Below are positions 37,169 to 49,894 of a stretch of 64,000 nucleotides of DNA, piece by piece. Location: NCBI GenBank assembly GCA_951406725.2, contig OX597824.1, forward strand, positions 10,478,001-10,542,000. Direction: 5' to 3'. Position numbers and translations under genes: made by a program. The stretch's first letter is position 1; every line of letters starts with the position of its first letter. The notes under the pieces are model-generated. The model saw only the letters and a list, made by a program, of their open reading frames with translations, was not told the origin of the DNA and searched no databases. The DNA is from Octopus vulgaris (taxonomy: Eukaryota).

Positions 37169-37680
37169 CATCATCATCATCATCATCATCATCATTTAGC
37201 GTCCGTTTTCCATGCTAGCATGGGTTGGACGGTTCAACTGGGGTCTGGGGAGCCCGAAGGCTGCACCAGGCCAGTCAGATCTGGCAGTGTTTCTACAGCT
37301 GGATGCCCTTCCTAACGCCAACCACTCCGAGAGTGTAGTGGGTGATTTTATGTGCCACCGACACAGGTGCCAGACGAGGCTGGCGAACGGCCACGCTCGG
37401 ATGGTGTTTTTATGTGCCACCGACACAGGTGCCAGACGAGGCTGGCAGACGGCCACGCTCGGATGGTGTTTTTATGTGCCACCGACACAGGTGCCAGACG
37501 AGGCTGGCAGACGGCCACGCTCGGATGGTGTTTTTATGTGCCACCGACACAGGTGCCAGATGAGGCTGGCGGACGGCCACGATCGGATGGTGTTTGTTAC
37601 GTCCCCAAAGCACGGAGGCCAGTCTATGCGGTACTGGCTACGGCCACGTTCGGATGATTTTCTTGTGTGCCACCGGCACT
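37169..37680 (-). mobile_element. RTE 3' tail with four near-identical 62-bp units (37347-37594), inserted in (TA)n
   Basis: tgtgccaccgacac at 37351, 37413, 37475 and 37537. Confidence 0.9.
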
Positions 37681-37682
37681 TA

Positions 37683-37711
<29 letters not shown>

Positions 37712-37723
<12 letters not shown>

Positions 37724-37917
37724 TAAAGTTAATCCAAACATGAAAGCACAAAAAAAAACACAACAACGCGAGGACGTGGAACAAATATAGTATTATTGGA
37801 TGCTCAGGAAAGAAGGAGGGTTTAACGTTTCGAGCGGAGCTCTTCGTCGGAAACATAGAAGGAAAGATCCAGAGAAGAGAAGACAGAGGAAAAAAATTGC
37901 CAACGGTACACACGCAG
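37712..37917 (-). mobile_element. Penelope-type pLTR fragment with a minimal hammerhead (37820-37854)
   Basis: Minus strand GTTT-CCGACGA-A-GAGC-TCC-GCTC-GAAA-CGT-T-AAAC: stem I GTTT/AAAC, stem II GAGC/GCTC, ACGT palindrome, one core change (U4 to C). Flanked by (TA)n. Confidence 0.7.
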
Positions 37918-38582
37918 TATATATATGTTTGTGTGTCTGTATTTGTCCCCCGTCATCGCTTGACAACTGATGCTGGTGTGTTTACGTCCCTGTAACCTAG
38001 CGGTTCAGCAAGAGGAGACCAATAGAATAAGTACTAGGCTTAAAGAATAAGTCCTGGAGTTAATTTGCTCGACTAAAGGCGGTGCTCCAGCATGGCCACA
38101 GTCAAGTGATTGAAACAAGTGAAAGAGTATGAAAGAATAATCTGGCACTTCTACCCATTCCTTTTCTTTATATTGGGCGTAATCCTCTCCTGAAATGGTT
38201 ATGGTTCAGTCTTCATTCCTGTTATTTAACATTTTTGCCTAAACTCTTGTTTTCATATTTGGAATTCTTCAACCAATTAGGCACTTATAGTATCATCATC
38301 ATCAAACTTCCACTTTTCCATGCTTGCATGAGTCAGATGGAATTTGTCGAGACAGATTTTCTACAGCTGGATACTCTTCCTGTCACCAACCCTCATCTAT
38401 TTCCCAGCAAGGTAATATTTTCCCATTGACAGACATGGTTTCCACGGAAGACTGGAAACGAACAGCCTCATTTGTGTGATAGTGATGATCATTCGACAAC
38501 CAACACATGGTGTCTAGACAAGAGTACACACAAATACACACACACACTCATGATAAACTTTCAATTCCCATCTATCAAATCA

Positions 38583-38727
38583 AGTTGGCGTTAGGAAGGG
38601 AATTCAGCCGTAGAAACACTGCCAGATCAGACTGGGCCTGGTGCAGCCTTCTGGCTTCCCAGACCCCAGTTGAACCATCCAACCCATGCTAGCATGGAAA
38701 GCGGATGCTAAATGATGATGATGATGA
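38583..38727 (+). mobile_element. RTE 3' tail inserted in a minus-strand family G SINE (38290-38870)
   Basis: gttggcgttaggaaggg...(gat)n. Confidence 0.8.
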
Positions 38728-39276
38728 AACCCACTCACAAGGCTTTGGTTAGCCTAGAGCTGTAGTAAAAAACACTTGCTCAAGGTGCTGCACAGTGGGG
38801 CCAAACCCAGAACCTCTTTGCTGAGAAGCAAGTTTCTTTACCACGCACCCATGCTTGTGTCTACATACAAAAATTCCATCAGTCAGCTCATCTTAAATTC
38901 ATCTGTTATGGCCTGAATAAACTATAAGAAATATTCGAAAGCTGACAGCTGAGATCTGATGAAACCCATCTGCATGCCAAATTTCTCGTTGACCTCATTG
39001 CTAATTCTCATTTATTGACAGTATTCTTGCACATGACTTGCATGACTCTCCCAAGACATTCATATGTTCTGTGTTTCGTTCGATTTTAAATATAACAAAG
39101 AATTTAGTAAAATAACTTAGTTATCATTAATCTAGTGTTAGGAACATAAATTGTGACTAAGGCTTGGTGGAAGATTTTAATTCAGAACTTTTGCAAACAA
39201 AACATTTGTACTACAGAGCCAGAGGCGGTTGCAGCTGGGTTGGTATCAAAAGGGTTAAAGCATCTTGGTTGCAGGC

Positions 39277-39629
39277 TAGTGGTTCCCATCCTGTGGTCTG
39301 CAAAGGTAGTACTGGGGGTCCATGAACTAAATTCAAAATTTCATATATAGACTATTGCAAAGGTTGCAAGGCGCAACGAATATTTTAGGAAAATAAAAAT
39401 AAGAAATAAGTGGAAATTTTACCGGTGTGTGTTACATTATAAGGCACAAAAAGAAAATGACTCTCCCCAGACACAACAGAATATGCTTCAACACACGAAC
39501 TCATATAAAGAATCTTGCAAACCAAATCCAAAAATGAAACATGTATAGATAAGCATATTAAAAGGGATCTGTGAGAAAACTTGTTTAAATAAAAGGGGTC
39601 CTTGGTAGTGAAAAGATTGGGAACTACTG
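39277..39629. mobile_element. hAT-type MITE
   Basis: TIR TAGTGGTTCCCA/TGGGAACTACTG, with TSD ttgcaggc/ttgtaggc. Confidence 0.75.
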
Positions 39630-39886
39630 TTGTAGGCTTTACTTCCATATTTGGAAAATTTTCTCTTTAACAGATTCAACTTTGGAAACTATGTCAGGAG
39701 CACGCAAGCTCTTCTGTTATGACTTGAAGAAGAATAATAATGTGTCTAGATTTGAACTCTGATGACACCAAGATGTATGCTAGATTATTGAACTCCTTGC
39801 CAACTCTTTTCATTACTGATGTTATCTCTCTCACAAGTCATTCATCTACATCTAGTTTCCTTTGCCACACCACCAGCCTCCTGTAT

Positions 39887-39917
<31 letters not shown>

Positions 39918-39943
39918 TATAATACATATGTGTGTATATATAT

Positions 39944-40138
39944 ACTCTTTTACTTGTTTCAATCATGCGACTGGAGCACTGCCTTTAGTCGAGGAAATCG
40001 ACCACAGGACTTATTCTTTGTAAGCCTAGTACTTATTCTATCGGTCTTTTTTGCTGAACCGCTAAGTTATGGGGATGTAGATATGCCAGCATCAGTTGTC
40101 AAACGATGTTGGGGGGACAGACACACACACATACATAC

Positions 40139-40188
<50 letters not shown>

Positions 40189-40352
40189 GAAGAGCTTCTT
40201 TCAGTTTCTGTCTACCAAATCCACTCACAAGGCTTTGGTTGGCCCAAGGCTATAGTAGAAGACATTTGCCCAAGGTGCCACGCAGTGGGACTGAACCCGG
40301 AACCATGTCATTCGTAAGCAAGCTACTTATCACACAGCCACTCCTATGCCTA
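39944..40352 (-). mobile_element. SINE family B
   Basis: Family match. Confidence 0.9.
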
Positions 40353-41778
40353 TATATATATTTATATATACACACACACACACATACGTACACATATATT
40401 GATATAGGCATGTGTACACACACAATCACTATCTTTTATAACAGAATGTACATGTACTCTCCCTCCCCCCCCAGCTTTGTTTTATTTTAACTCAGCATTT
40501 ACGCCAGCCATATCTGCCTGTTTTATGTTGAAATTGGCCATATCCAGCCTCTCACACCTACCCTACAAAGTCATTCTAAAATTATACAATTACATCATTG
40601 CAATATCAAATCTATGAGATTATACATGATTAATTCGAAACATCGTGAATAAATAAGCATTACATTTGATAGAGTAATCTGGATGCTAAAGAATATTTTT
40701 AGGTTTCTGTTATCATTTAAATTTAGGTTTTTGTAATTATCTTCACAATTTGTGCGTGTTTGTGTGTATTTAGAGAAGCCATGTCTTTCAATATAGTTGC
40801 CATGTAAACTTCATATTTTTTTTCCAATTTTTTCCATGTCATGTTTTTCATTTTCCCATGATGGACTTATCTTCTGAATAATCTCTACTATATATATATG
40901 TGTGTGCGCGTGTGTGTGTGTGTTCGTTCGTTCGTTCGTTCATCATTGCTTCAATGCAGCTATGTTTTCAATTAACTGCTTACTTTTATACCAAGACTTT
41001 CAGTGACTCACTTACCGTTTCCTCTCTTTATGCATGATCACGTAAATGAGGTCATAGAACTAGCGCTAGTCTCAGAATGGCCCTTACCGAAAAGGGAAAA
41101 TTACATCACTACTTTCATCACTTAATAACAGTTTTAGAAAATACTTGCACTCTTTTGTGACCACATGTCTAACAAGTAGAGTTCTTTTACTGGTTTTATT
41201 TATTGGTCTGTGGCTTTGCTGGGGCTTGGTCATTAGTGGCTTTTAGTGAATCATAGAAACATTGCCATCAAATGTCCACTTTTCCATGCAGGCACTAGTC
41301 AGACAAAGTTTATTGAGACAGCTTTTCTATCACCAGATTCCCTTTTACGTGCCACCGACACAAGGGCCAATCTGGAGGTACTGGAAACGGCCACACTTGA
41401 AATGGTGTTTTTTTACATGTCACCTGCACAGGAGTCAGTCTAGCAGCACTGGCAATGACCTTGCTCGAATGTTTTGTTCATGTGCCAGTATGGCAACGAT
41501 CATGCTCAAATGGTGCTTTTTACGTGCCACCAGTACGGAAGCCAGACAGCTGCTCTAGTAGTGATCTCGCTCGGATGGAGCTGTTAGTGCTCCACTGGCA
41601 TGGATGCCAGTCATCTAATTTGGTTCAATTTCAATTGAATATATATATATAATTTCATCATCGTCATCATTGCTTTATGCTCACCTCTCATACTGGCATG
41701 GGTTGGACAGTTGACAGGAGCTGGCCAGGCAGAAGACTGCACCAGATATATGATGATGATGATATATATATATATATA

Positions 41779-42090
41779 GTGGAGGTGTAATGGCCGAGTG
41801 GTTAGGGCAGCAGACTTGCGGTCGTAGGATCACAGTTTCGATTCCCAGACTGAGCATTGTGATTATTGAGCGAAAACACCTAAAAGCTCCACAAGGCCCC
41901 GGCAGGGGTGGGTGGGTGATCCCTGCTGTACTCTTTTGCCACAACTTTCTCTCACTCTTTCTTCTGTTGGCCTGCTTGCTTAGCCGGCGGGGTGGTGTCA
42001 TTTGAAGGCTAAAACAATGCAAAGCGCATTGTGACCAGCGATGTGTAGCAACATCTGATAGCCTGGTCGGTCACGTGATCACATGACGTA
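41779..42090 (+). mobile_element. SINE family C with tail type 3
   Basis: Same head and body as 34075, but ends gtgaccagcgatgtg...ctggtcggtcacgtgatcac. Confidence 0.8.
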
Positions 42091-43262
42091 ATATATATAT
42101 ATATATATTTCTATGTGTGTGTGTATCTGTATTTGATCCCCCATCACCGCTTGACAATCGTTGTTGATGTGTTTAAGTCCCCGTAACCTAGTGGTTTGGC
42201 AAAAGAAACTGATAGAATAAATACTAGGCTTTAAAAATAAGTCCTGGGTTTTGTTCGACTAAAATTCTTCAAGGCGGTGCTCCAGCATGGCCGCAGTCAA
42301 ATGACTGAAACAAACAAGAGAATATCTTGTTGTGGATTGGGGTTTTGTTAACATATTAACCACCAGTGGTTCATCGCAGACTTCACACAGCCACCATATG
42401 CACCACCTGTAGTGCCTTTTGCATAAGTTGAGGAAATATTTTGTTCTGTATCTTTGATGTGGTTTCAAGGATATTTGAGTGTTAAGTATTAAAGTTTAAT
42501 AATTATGAAATATTGTAAAAATGCAAAAAGAATTAAAATTCCATTTCCTCGTAATTAATTAAACTGTGTGCAGTGTGACCGCATAAAACACGTGGCATCA
42601 CTGCTAAGTTCCAGTAATCGGCCGTGACAGTTAACATGTTAAAATGGTTCTCCCATGAATGTACCTCCAACAATATAAACTGGTGATTGCAATTGATTTT
42701 GAAATTATTTGCAAGGTTTTGGAGGGTATGAATAAATTCCATTAGCCTTTTATTACCATATTTCTATATAAACACATTGCCTTTGTGTCAATTAATTTTC
42801 AAAATAATGAAGAATTTAGTAAAGTAACTTTGTCCTTATTAATTTGGTGTTTGGAACAAATTAAATCTTGAAGTTTGTATCATAGGACCAGAGGCAGTTT
42901 CAGTTAGGATAGTATCAAATGCGTTAATTTATATATTAACCTTTGTTATATTTTCACAATTCAATGGAAGGGTTCTTAGATGAAATAAAGTTGGGAAGTT
43001 TTAATTTAAACATAAATGAACACATTAAAGCAAGTGGTTTTGTATCAAAAAGCCAGGAGTGGCCTCTACTATTATATGGGTTAATTGAAATTTCAGATTC
43101 ATACAAATATGTGGAGGCAGAATCGCCTAAGTTTAAAATTTTGATTGACGTTTTTATCATATACAATGTTGGAATTTAAAGTAAATACAATTTAAAACTA
43201 AATTCTTGGCAATAGTTTTTGTTAATAAGCTCTAGTTTTTTTTTTCCTAATTGGACAAATGT

Positions 43263-43298
<36 letters not shown>

Positions 43299-43534
43299 TC
43301 ACTGATGGCATGCACTGCTCTCTGACTCAATAATAATAACAAATAATAATTATTGTTTCTACTCCAGGCACATGGCTTTGAAACTTTGTGGGAGAAGGGG
43401 GCTAGTTGATTACATCGACCCCAGTACATAACTGCTACTTATTTCATCAACCCTGAAAGGATGAAAGGCAAGGTTGACCTTGGTGGAATTTGAACTCAGA
43501 ACGCAGCAGCTAATGATTCTACCAGCTCACTACC

Positions 43535-43567
<33 letters not shown>

Positions 43568-43714
43568 GTTTCAAATTTTGGCACAAGGTCAGCAATTTCA
43601 GTGAAGAGGCTAAGTTGATTACATTAACCCCAGTGCTCAACTGGTACTTATTTTGTCAACCTCAACGGCATTTGAATTCAGAAAATAAAGACAGAAGAAA
43701 TTCTAGCAATGTGT

Positions 43715-44501
43715 ATAATAAACAGTGCAAGGTACAGTGCTTTGCTGGTCAGCCAACTGAAGCCAGCAGTTCTCACCAAATACCGAAGCCTATTGTCAAA
43801 GAAAGTTTTGTTGTTGTATGACAATACATGCCCATACATAGCTGCCCAGACCTTTGAAACCATTAGGCAATTGGGTTTTGAGGTGCTGGAACACCCTGCC
43901 TTAAAGCCTAGGTCTCGCCCCTTCCGACTGTTATATTTTTGGACCGTTCAAAGATGGTTTAAGAGGTCATTGATTTCCTATGAATGAAGATGTGAAGGAA
44001 GTGATGCATAAATGGTTGCATGACTAATTGTAAACCTTCCTCTTGGAGGGGATTGTTTGTTCCTTCCCGATCCACGCCTGGCTCATAAGGGCCGGTTTCC
44101 TTGGCATATAGGTTCCCCACCTGGACGGGACACCGGTCTGTCACAGGTGAGCTGCAAGATACAGGAGGAAAGACTGAGAGAAAGTTGTGGTGAAAGAGTC
44201 AGCAGAAGTTTGCCATTACTTTCTGCCGGAGCCGCGTGGAGCTTAGGTGTTTCACTCATAAACACACACATCGCCCGGTCTGAGATTCAAACCCGCGATC
44301 CCTCAACCTTGAGTCCGCTGCTCTAACCACTTGGCCATGTGCCTCCACTCTTGGAGGGAATATGCAAGCTTGTGGACTGCTGGACCAAGTGCATTGATAA
44401 AGAACAAGACTAATAAAAAAATGATGTACTTGTTTATCCCTTGCTTTTGTGTAAATACATTGAAAATACAAGAGTGTGTATGATTTTTGATTCTTCCATG
44501 T
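43715..44501 (+). pseudogene. Mariner (DD34D-type) transposase C-terminal remnant interrupted by a SINE
   Basis: INSARY...LKPAV...KVLLLYDNTCPY...LGFEVLEHPA, a frameshifted SPDLAPSD-like motif, FGPFKDGLRG, and GICKLVDCWTKCI after the SINE. Confidence 0.85.
44055..44347 (-). mobile_element. SINE family C, tail type 1
   Basis: Matches 14043-14352, with TSD ctcttggaggg(g/a)at. Confidence 0.9.
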
Positions 44502-44976
44502 AGATTTTGCAAATTATAGAATAATAAAGATGTTTATGAACGTTCATATTCTTCTTTCTAAAATAAACAATATTTATTCAATCTTATACTGACATGGAAA
44601 ATTGCAATAAAGCCAATAATAATAATAATTATGTTGATAATGCTAATGATGAATTCTGCTTAATATGGTGTTATTATGGGTGACAGAACTAAATATATTT
44701 ATTTAGATTTTTTCCATCTTGTAAATTTTGAATTCCAAGAAAAACATTAATGTTGTCTGTGTGAAATGGTTGGCGGTAATTTATAGCATCTAACTATAAA
44801 TTCCTACTACAGTTTATTTAGTTTTTTAATTGAGTCAAACTGTATTTGTTGTTTCTATGCTGAAATACCATTGTAGTTTAAAAACATTCTTCAGTTGATA
44901 AGATATTCCTATAGATACCACCACAAGAATAGAGCTAGTTGATTTACTGTATATTAACCCTTTCGTTACCGCATTT

Positions 44977-45240
44977 ATGTGGCAGATGCCAGCGCCATCT
45001 GACTGGCATTTGTGTCGGTGACACGTAAAAGCACCAACCGATCGTGGCCATTTGCCAGCCCCCTCTTGCCCCAATGCTGGTGGCACGTAAAAAGCACCCG
45101 GCGTTAGGAAGGGCATCCAGCTGTAGAAACACTGCCAGATCAGACTGGAGCCTGGTGCATCCTCCTGGCTTCCCAGACCCCGGTCAAACTGTCCAACCCA
45201 TGCTAGCATGGAAAACAGACATTAAACAATGATGATGATG
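44977..45240 (+). mobile_element. RTE 3' tail
   Basis: Two ...cacgtaaaa(a)gcacc units, the family tail and (GAT)n. Confidence 0.85.
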
Positions 45241-45402
45241 AATCTGGTGGACCCCTATAGCCATTCGATGTTTAAAAAGTAGTTTTTCTGATACTTCTTT
45301 CAAAATTCCTTATTTTGTTTTTCCTCCATTCACTTGTGTAAGTTTGCAATAGCACTCTCTGAGGGAACATGTTTCAGCGACTGAAACCTGTTGAACTATG
45401 TG

Positions 45403-45787
45403 GTGGAAGCACTCCGTCGGTTACGACGATGAAGGTTCCGGTTGATCCGATCAACGGAACAGCCTGCTCGTGAAATTAACGTGTAAGTGGCTAAGCACTC
45501 CACAGACACGTGTACCCTTAACGCAGTTCTCGGTGATATTCAGCGTGACACAGGGAGTGACAAGGCCGGCCCCTTGAAATACAGGTACAACAGAAACAGG
45601 AAGTAAGAGTGAGAGAAAGTTGTGATGAAAGAGTACAGCAGGGATCACCACCATCCCCTGCCGGAGCCTCGTGGAGCTTTTAGGTGTTTTCGCTCAATAA
45701 ACACTCATAACGCCCGGTCTGGGAATCGAACCCGCGATCCTATGACCGCGAGTCCGCTGCCCTAACCACTGGGCCATTGTGCCTCCA
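45403..45787 (-). mobile_element. SINE family C, tail type 2, 14-bp TSD
   Basis: TSD CTGTTGAACTATGT at 45388-45401 and 45788-45801. Confidence 0.9.
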
Positions 45788-46414
45788 CTGTTGAACTATG
45801 TAAAGCATTAGAGAAGGAAACCTTGCTGTTTCTTGCAATATGTACCCAAACTCTCTTTTACTTGTTTCAGTCATTTGACTGCAGCCATGCTGGAGCACCG
45901 CCTATAGTCAAGCAAATCAATCCCAGGACTTATTCTTTGTAAGCCTAGTACTTATTCTATTGGTCTCTTTTGCCGAACCGCTGGGGACGTAAGCACACCA
46001 GCATCGGTTGTCAAGCAATGTTGGTGGGAGGAACAAACGTCAGCGATTTAGGTTTGTTTACACTTGCCTCAATAGGTCTTCGCAAGCTAAGTTCATTGTC
46101 CAATGAATGAGGGGTACTCATAAGTGGGCCGGTTACACCCCACGTTTCCAAATTCAAATGAATTGCAGTTGGGGAGAAATTTATTAAAATAACTTTTGCA
46201 TGTTGAAGTTAATGCTCGAGACAAACAGGCCACATGAAAAGCACCCAGTACACTCTGTAAAGTGGTTGGCATTGTGAAGGGCATCCAGTCATAGAAACCA
46301 TAACAAAACAGACAAATGGCACCTGGTGTTGCTCCCCAGCTGACCAGCTCCTGTCAAAGTGTCCAACTCCTGCCAGTATGGAAAACAGACAGATGATGAT
46401 GAGGATGTTCTTCC

Positions 46415-46641
46415 TTAACCCTTTAGTGTTCAGATTATTCAGTCAAACATAATGCCTATTGATTCCCATTGATTTGAATTAATCATGCATTATCTCATAT
46501 CTTCAAGATCTTGATGGTGTAATTACCTAATGTAGAATAACATTGTAGGGTAGGTGTGAGGGCCTGGATCTGGTTAGTTTGAACATAAAACAGATTAAAT
46601 ATTTTGGCCGGATACGGTCGGTTTAAATACTAAAGGGTTAA
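46415..46641. mobile_element. piggyBac-type MITE family F
   Basis: TTAACCCTTTAG ... CTAAAGGGTTAA. Confidence 0.85.
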
Positions 46642-47106
46642 AATTATAATCAGTTTTAAATTCAAAATGAAACACTAAACATGTATAGTTTTGTATTATG
46701 AAACCATAGTTAGTTGCATTGTCTCTGTTAACAAATGGTTTTTCTGTGTCTACAAAAGCAGACTGAAGTGATAGATATTGATTATGGAAAAATCTATAAA
46801 AATGCATGTTTGATGAAACATATTTAATGAGCAAGTTTAACCTGCAGGATAGGGATCCAGGGGAGTAGTATCAACTAAAATATACAATGTTGATATGGAC
46901 ATGTGGTGATCCTTCATTTAACATCCATTTTTCTATGCTTGCATGGGTCAGACAGAATTTGATGAATTTGATTTTCTATAACTAGATGTTCTTTCTGTCA
47001 CTGACCCCCACCTGTTTCCAAGCAAGATAACATTTCTCGTGGCCAGATAAATTTTTCATGGAAGTAAGGAAACAAAACATCATCACTTGTGTGAGACAAT
47101 GATGCT

Positions 47107-47500
47107 TACTCTTTTACTTGTTTCAGTCATTTGACTGCGACCATGCTGGAGCACCACCTTTAGCCGAGCAAATCGACCCCAGAACTTATTCTTTGTAAGC
47201 CTTGTACTTTATCTATCAGTCCATTTTGCCAAACCGCTAAGTTATGGGGACGTAAACACCAGCATTGGTTGTCAAGCAATGTTGGGGGGACAAACACACA
47301 CACAAACATATACACACACATACATATATGTAGATATATATGACAGGCTTCTTTCAGTTTCCGTCTACCAAATCCACCCAAAGCTTTGGTTGGCCCGTGG
47401 CTATAGTAGAAGACACTTGCCCAAGGTGCCACGCTGTGGGACTGAACCCAGAACCATGTGGTTGGTAAGCAAGCCACTTACCACACTGCCACTCCTGTGC
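47107..47500 (-). mobile_element. SINE family B
   Basis: Family match. Confidence 0.85.
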
Positions 47501-48164
47501 CTGTGTGTATATATTTATATATAAACGATGATGATGATGATATATTATAAGTTATTTATAAATTTAACCTTTAAAGGTATTTTGTAATATGCTGACCATT
47601 GATAAAAATGTTATCCTACATTAGATGTATATATATATATACACACATACACACACAATCCTGCTTATTATACAGCCACTCCTGCTCTTTTACAATCATT
47701 GCATGGTGTCAAGATAAGGGCACACACACACACATACTTCCAGTTCCATTATTTCTACTAGCCGAGGCCAATCAAAGCTATAAAGAACATCTGGTTATAG
47801 AAAATCTACCTCAATAAATTCTGTCTGACAAATGCAAGCATAGAAAAATGAATGTTAAATGATGAATGTCCATATCAACATTGATTTCTCCTGTATATTT
47901 TAGTTGGTATTATTCTCCTGGAATCTTATGCTGCAGGTTACACTTGCTCATTAAATATATGCTTCATATACTTGTTAGACATGCATTTTTATCAATATCC
48001 ATTACAGTTTTGGTTGGCCTAGGGCAGGGCTATGAGTAGAGAAGACACTTGCTCAAGGTGTCTACAGTCGGACTGAACCCAGAATCCTGTAGTGAAGCAA
48101 ACTTCTTAGTCATACTGACAAACCAGTAAATGTTTTAGAAAATATGAAAGGCTTAACCCTTTTG

Positions 48165-48566
48165 ATACCTATTTCTTTATTACCCACAAGGGGCTAAACA
48201 CAGAGGGAACAAACAAGGACAGACATAAGTATTAAGTCGATTACATCGACCCCAGTGCGTAACTGGTACTTAATTTATCGATCCCGAAAGGATGAAAGGC
48301 AAAGTCGACCTCGGCAGAAAAGATAAAAGATATACCTATTTCTTTATTACCCACAAGGGGCTAAACATAGAGGGGACAAACAAGGTCAGACATAGGTATT
48401 AAGTCGATTGCATCGACCCCAGTGCGTAACTGGTACTTAATTTATCGACCCCGAAAGAATGAAAGGCAAAGTCGACCTCAGCGGAATTTGAACTCACAAC
48501 GCTGCGCCTGACAAAATACCGCTAAGCATTTCGCCCGGCACGCTAACGTTTCTGCCAGCTCGCCGC
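48165..48566 (-). mobile_element. Family D SINE with a tandem partial second copy, inside a family E MITE (48153-48745)
   Basis: tacctatttctttattacccacaagggg occurs at about 48167 and 48333. Confidence 0.8.
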
Positions 48567-49371
48567 TGAAACTGTCTTATTTTCATAAGTTCTGAATTAA
48601 AATCTTCCACCAAACCTTAGTCACAATTTATGTTCCTAACACTAACTTAATGATAACTAAGCTATTTTACTAAATTCTTTGTTATATTTAAAGTAATTAA
48701 AAGAAACACAGAACATCTCAAAATATATACAGTAATGAAAGGCTTAAAGGTTATTAAGTTCTCTTCAATTAGCCAGGTTTTTTTCCTTTGTTTTTGTTTG
48801 CACTTGAGAGCCCTTTTCTCTTCTTCATGGAAGTCAAACAACTGAACTGAAAGATTTGACAGTGGAAGAAAGTCCTTCAATGCTGCAACTATGTTGCTTC
48901 CTCCTTGTGCATCATGAAACACATGAATCAAAATAAGTTGTGTACTGAAGCGTTATTTCAAAATGTGAGTTAGGATGTCAATGAGAGTATGACAGAATAC
49001 AAGATGTAACCATGAGTCACTGTTCTGATTGATCAACTTTTATAAACCATTGCAACCTGATCTGGCTAATGTCTGCTAAATACATTTGCGATAAACACTT
49101 ACAGATTTCTTGTCTAGCAAGTGACCTGATCTGAAACTCTTTTGAAATTTGAAGTTAACATCGATTAAGAGTTACATCAACCATGAACAAACGAAAACCG
49201 TTGAATTCATTTCGGATTTATTTAATGAAGTGTCAATACTTTCACTGGAACATGAAAAAAGGTTGGGATCCTATCAATTACGACAACAAGAGTTCTGGTT
49301 GATCCAATCGCTGAAATAGCTTGCTCATGAAGTTAATATGCAAGTGGCTGAGTACTTCACTGACATGTACC

Positions 49372-49603
49372 TATTTCTTTATTGCCTACAAGGGGCTAAA
49401 CATAGAGGGGACAAACAAGGACAGACATAGGTATTAAGTCGATTACATCGACCCCTGTGCGTAACTGGTACTTAATTTATTGACCCCGAAAGGATGAAAG
49501 GCAAAGTCGACCTCGGCGGAATTTGAACTCACAACGTAATGACAGATGAAATACGGCTACACATTTCGCCCAGCATGCTAACGTTGCTGCCAGCTCACCG
49601 CCT
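49372..49603 (-). mobile_element. SINE family D with 17-bp TSD, in an old C-type SINE
   Basis: TSD CTTCACTGACATGTACC on both sides. Confidence 0.9.
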
Positions 49604-49843
49604 CTTCACTGACATGTACCATTAATGAACTTCTCAGGGAGAGTTGGTGTGATAGAGAATGTGACAGGGCTGTACCTGACATTTAGGTACTACTCATTTT
49701 TACCAGCCAAATCGACTGAAGCAATGTGAAATAAAGCGTCTTGCTTCAGGGCACAACATGCACACCAGGAATCAAACTGACAACCTTATGATCATGAACT
49801 GAATACTCTAACTCAGCATTTCTCAACCAGGGTTCCACAAAAG

Positions 49844-49894
<51 letters not shown>

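Larger units (their letters stand above)
35511..38140 (+). mobile_element. SINE family B split by about 2.2 kb of insertions in its central (TA)n (5' half 35511-35708, 3' half 37918-38140)
   Basis: The two halves join into one complete family B copy. Confidence 0.85.

Noticed and set aside
37347-37680. CRISPR-like repeat-spacer pattern in the RTE tail units
   Set aside because: The variable parts are homologous to each other, the array lies in a LINE 3' UTR, the context is eukaryotic, and there are no cas genes.
39819-40490. 223-aa ORF, and similar ORFs at 6214, 25137, 37212 and 52576
   Set aside because: These are translations of SINE or RTE UTR sequence and microsatellites, with the same peptides recurring in every copy.
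48662-48931. 89-aa ORF, and ORFs at 23427 and 24143, as host exons
   Set aside because: No recognisable domain, no coherent splice-site pair, and the first runs into MITE sequence.
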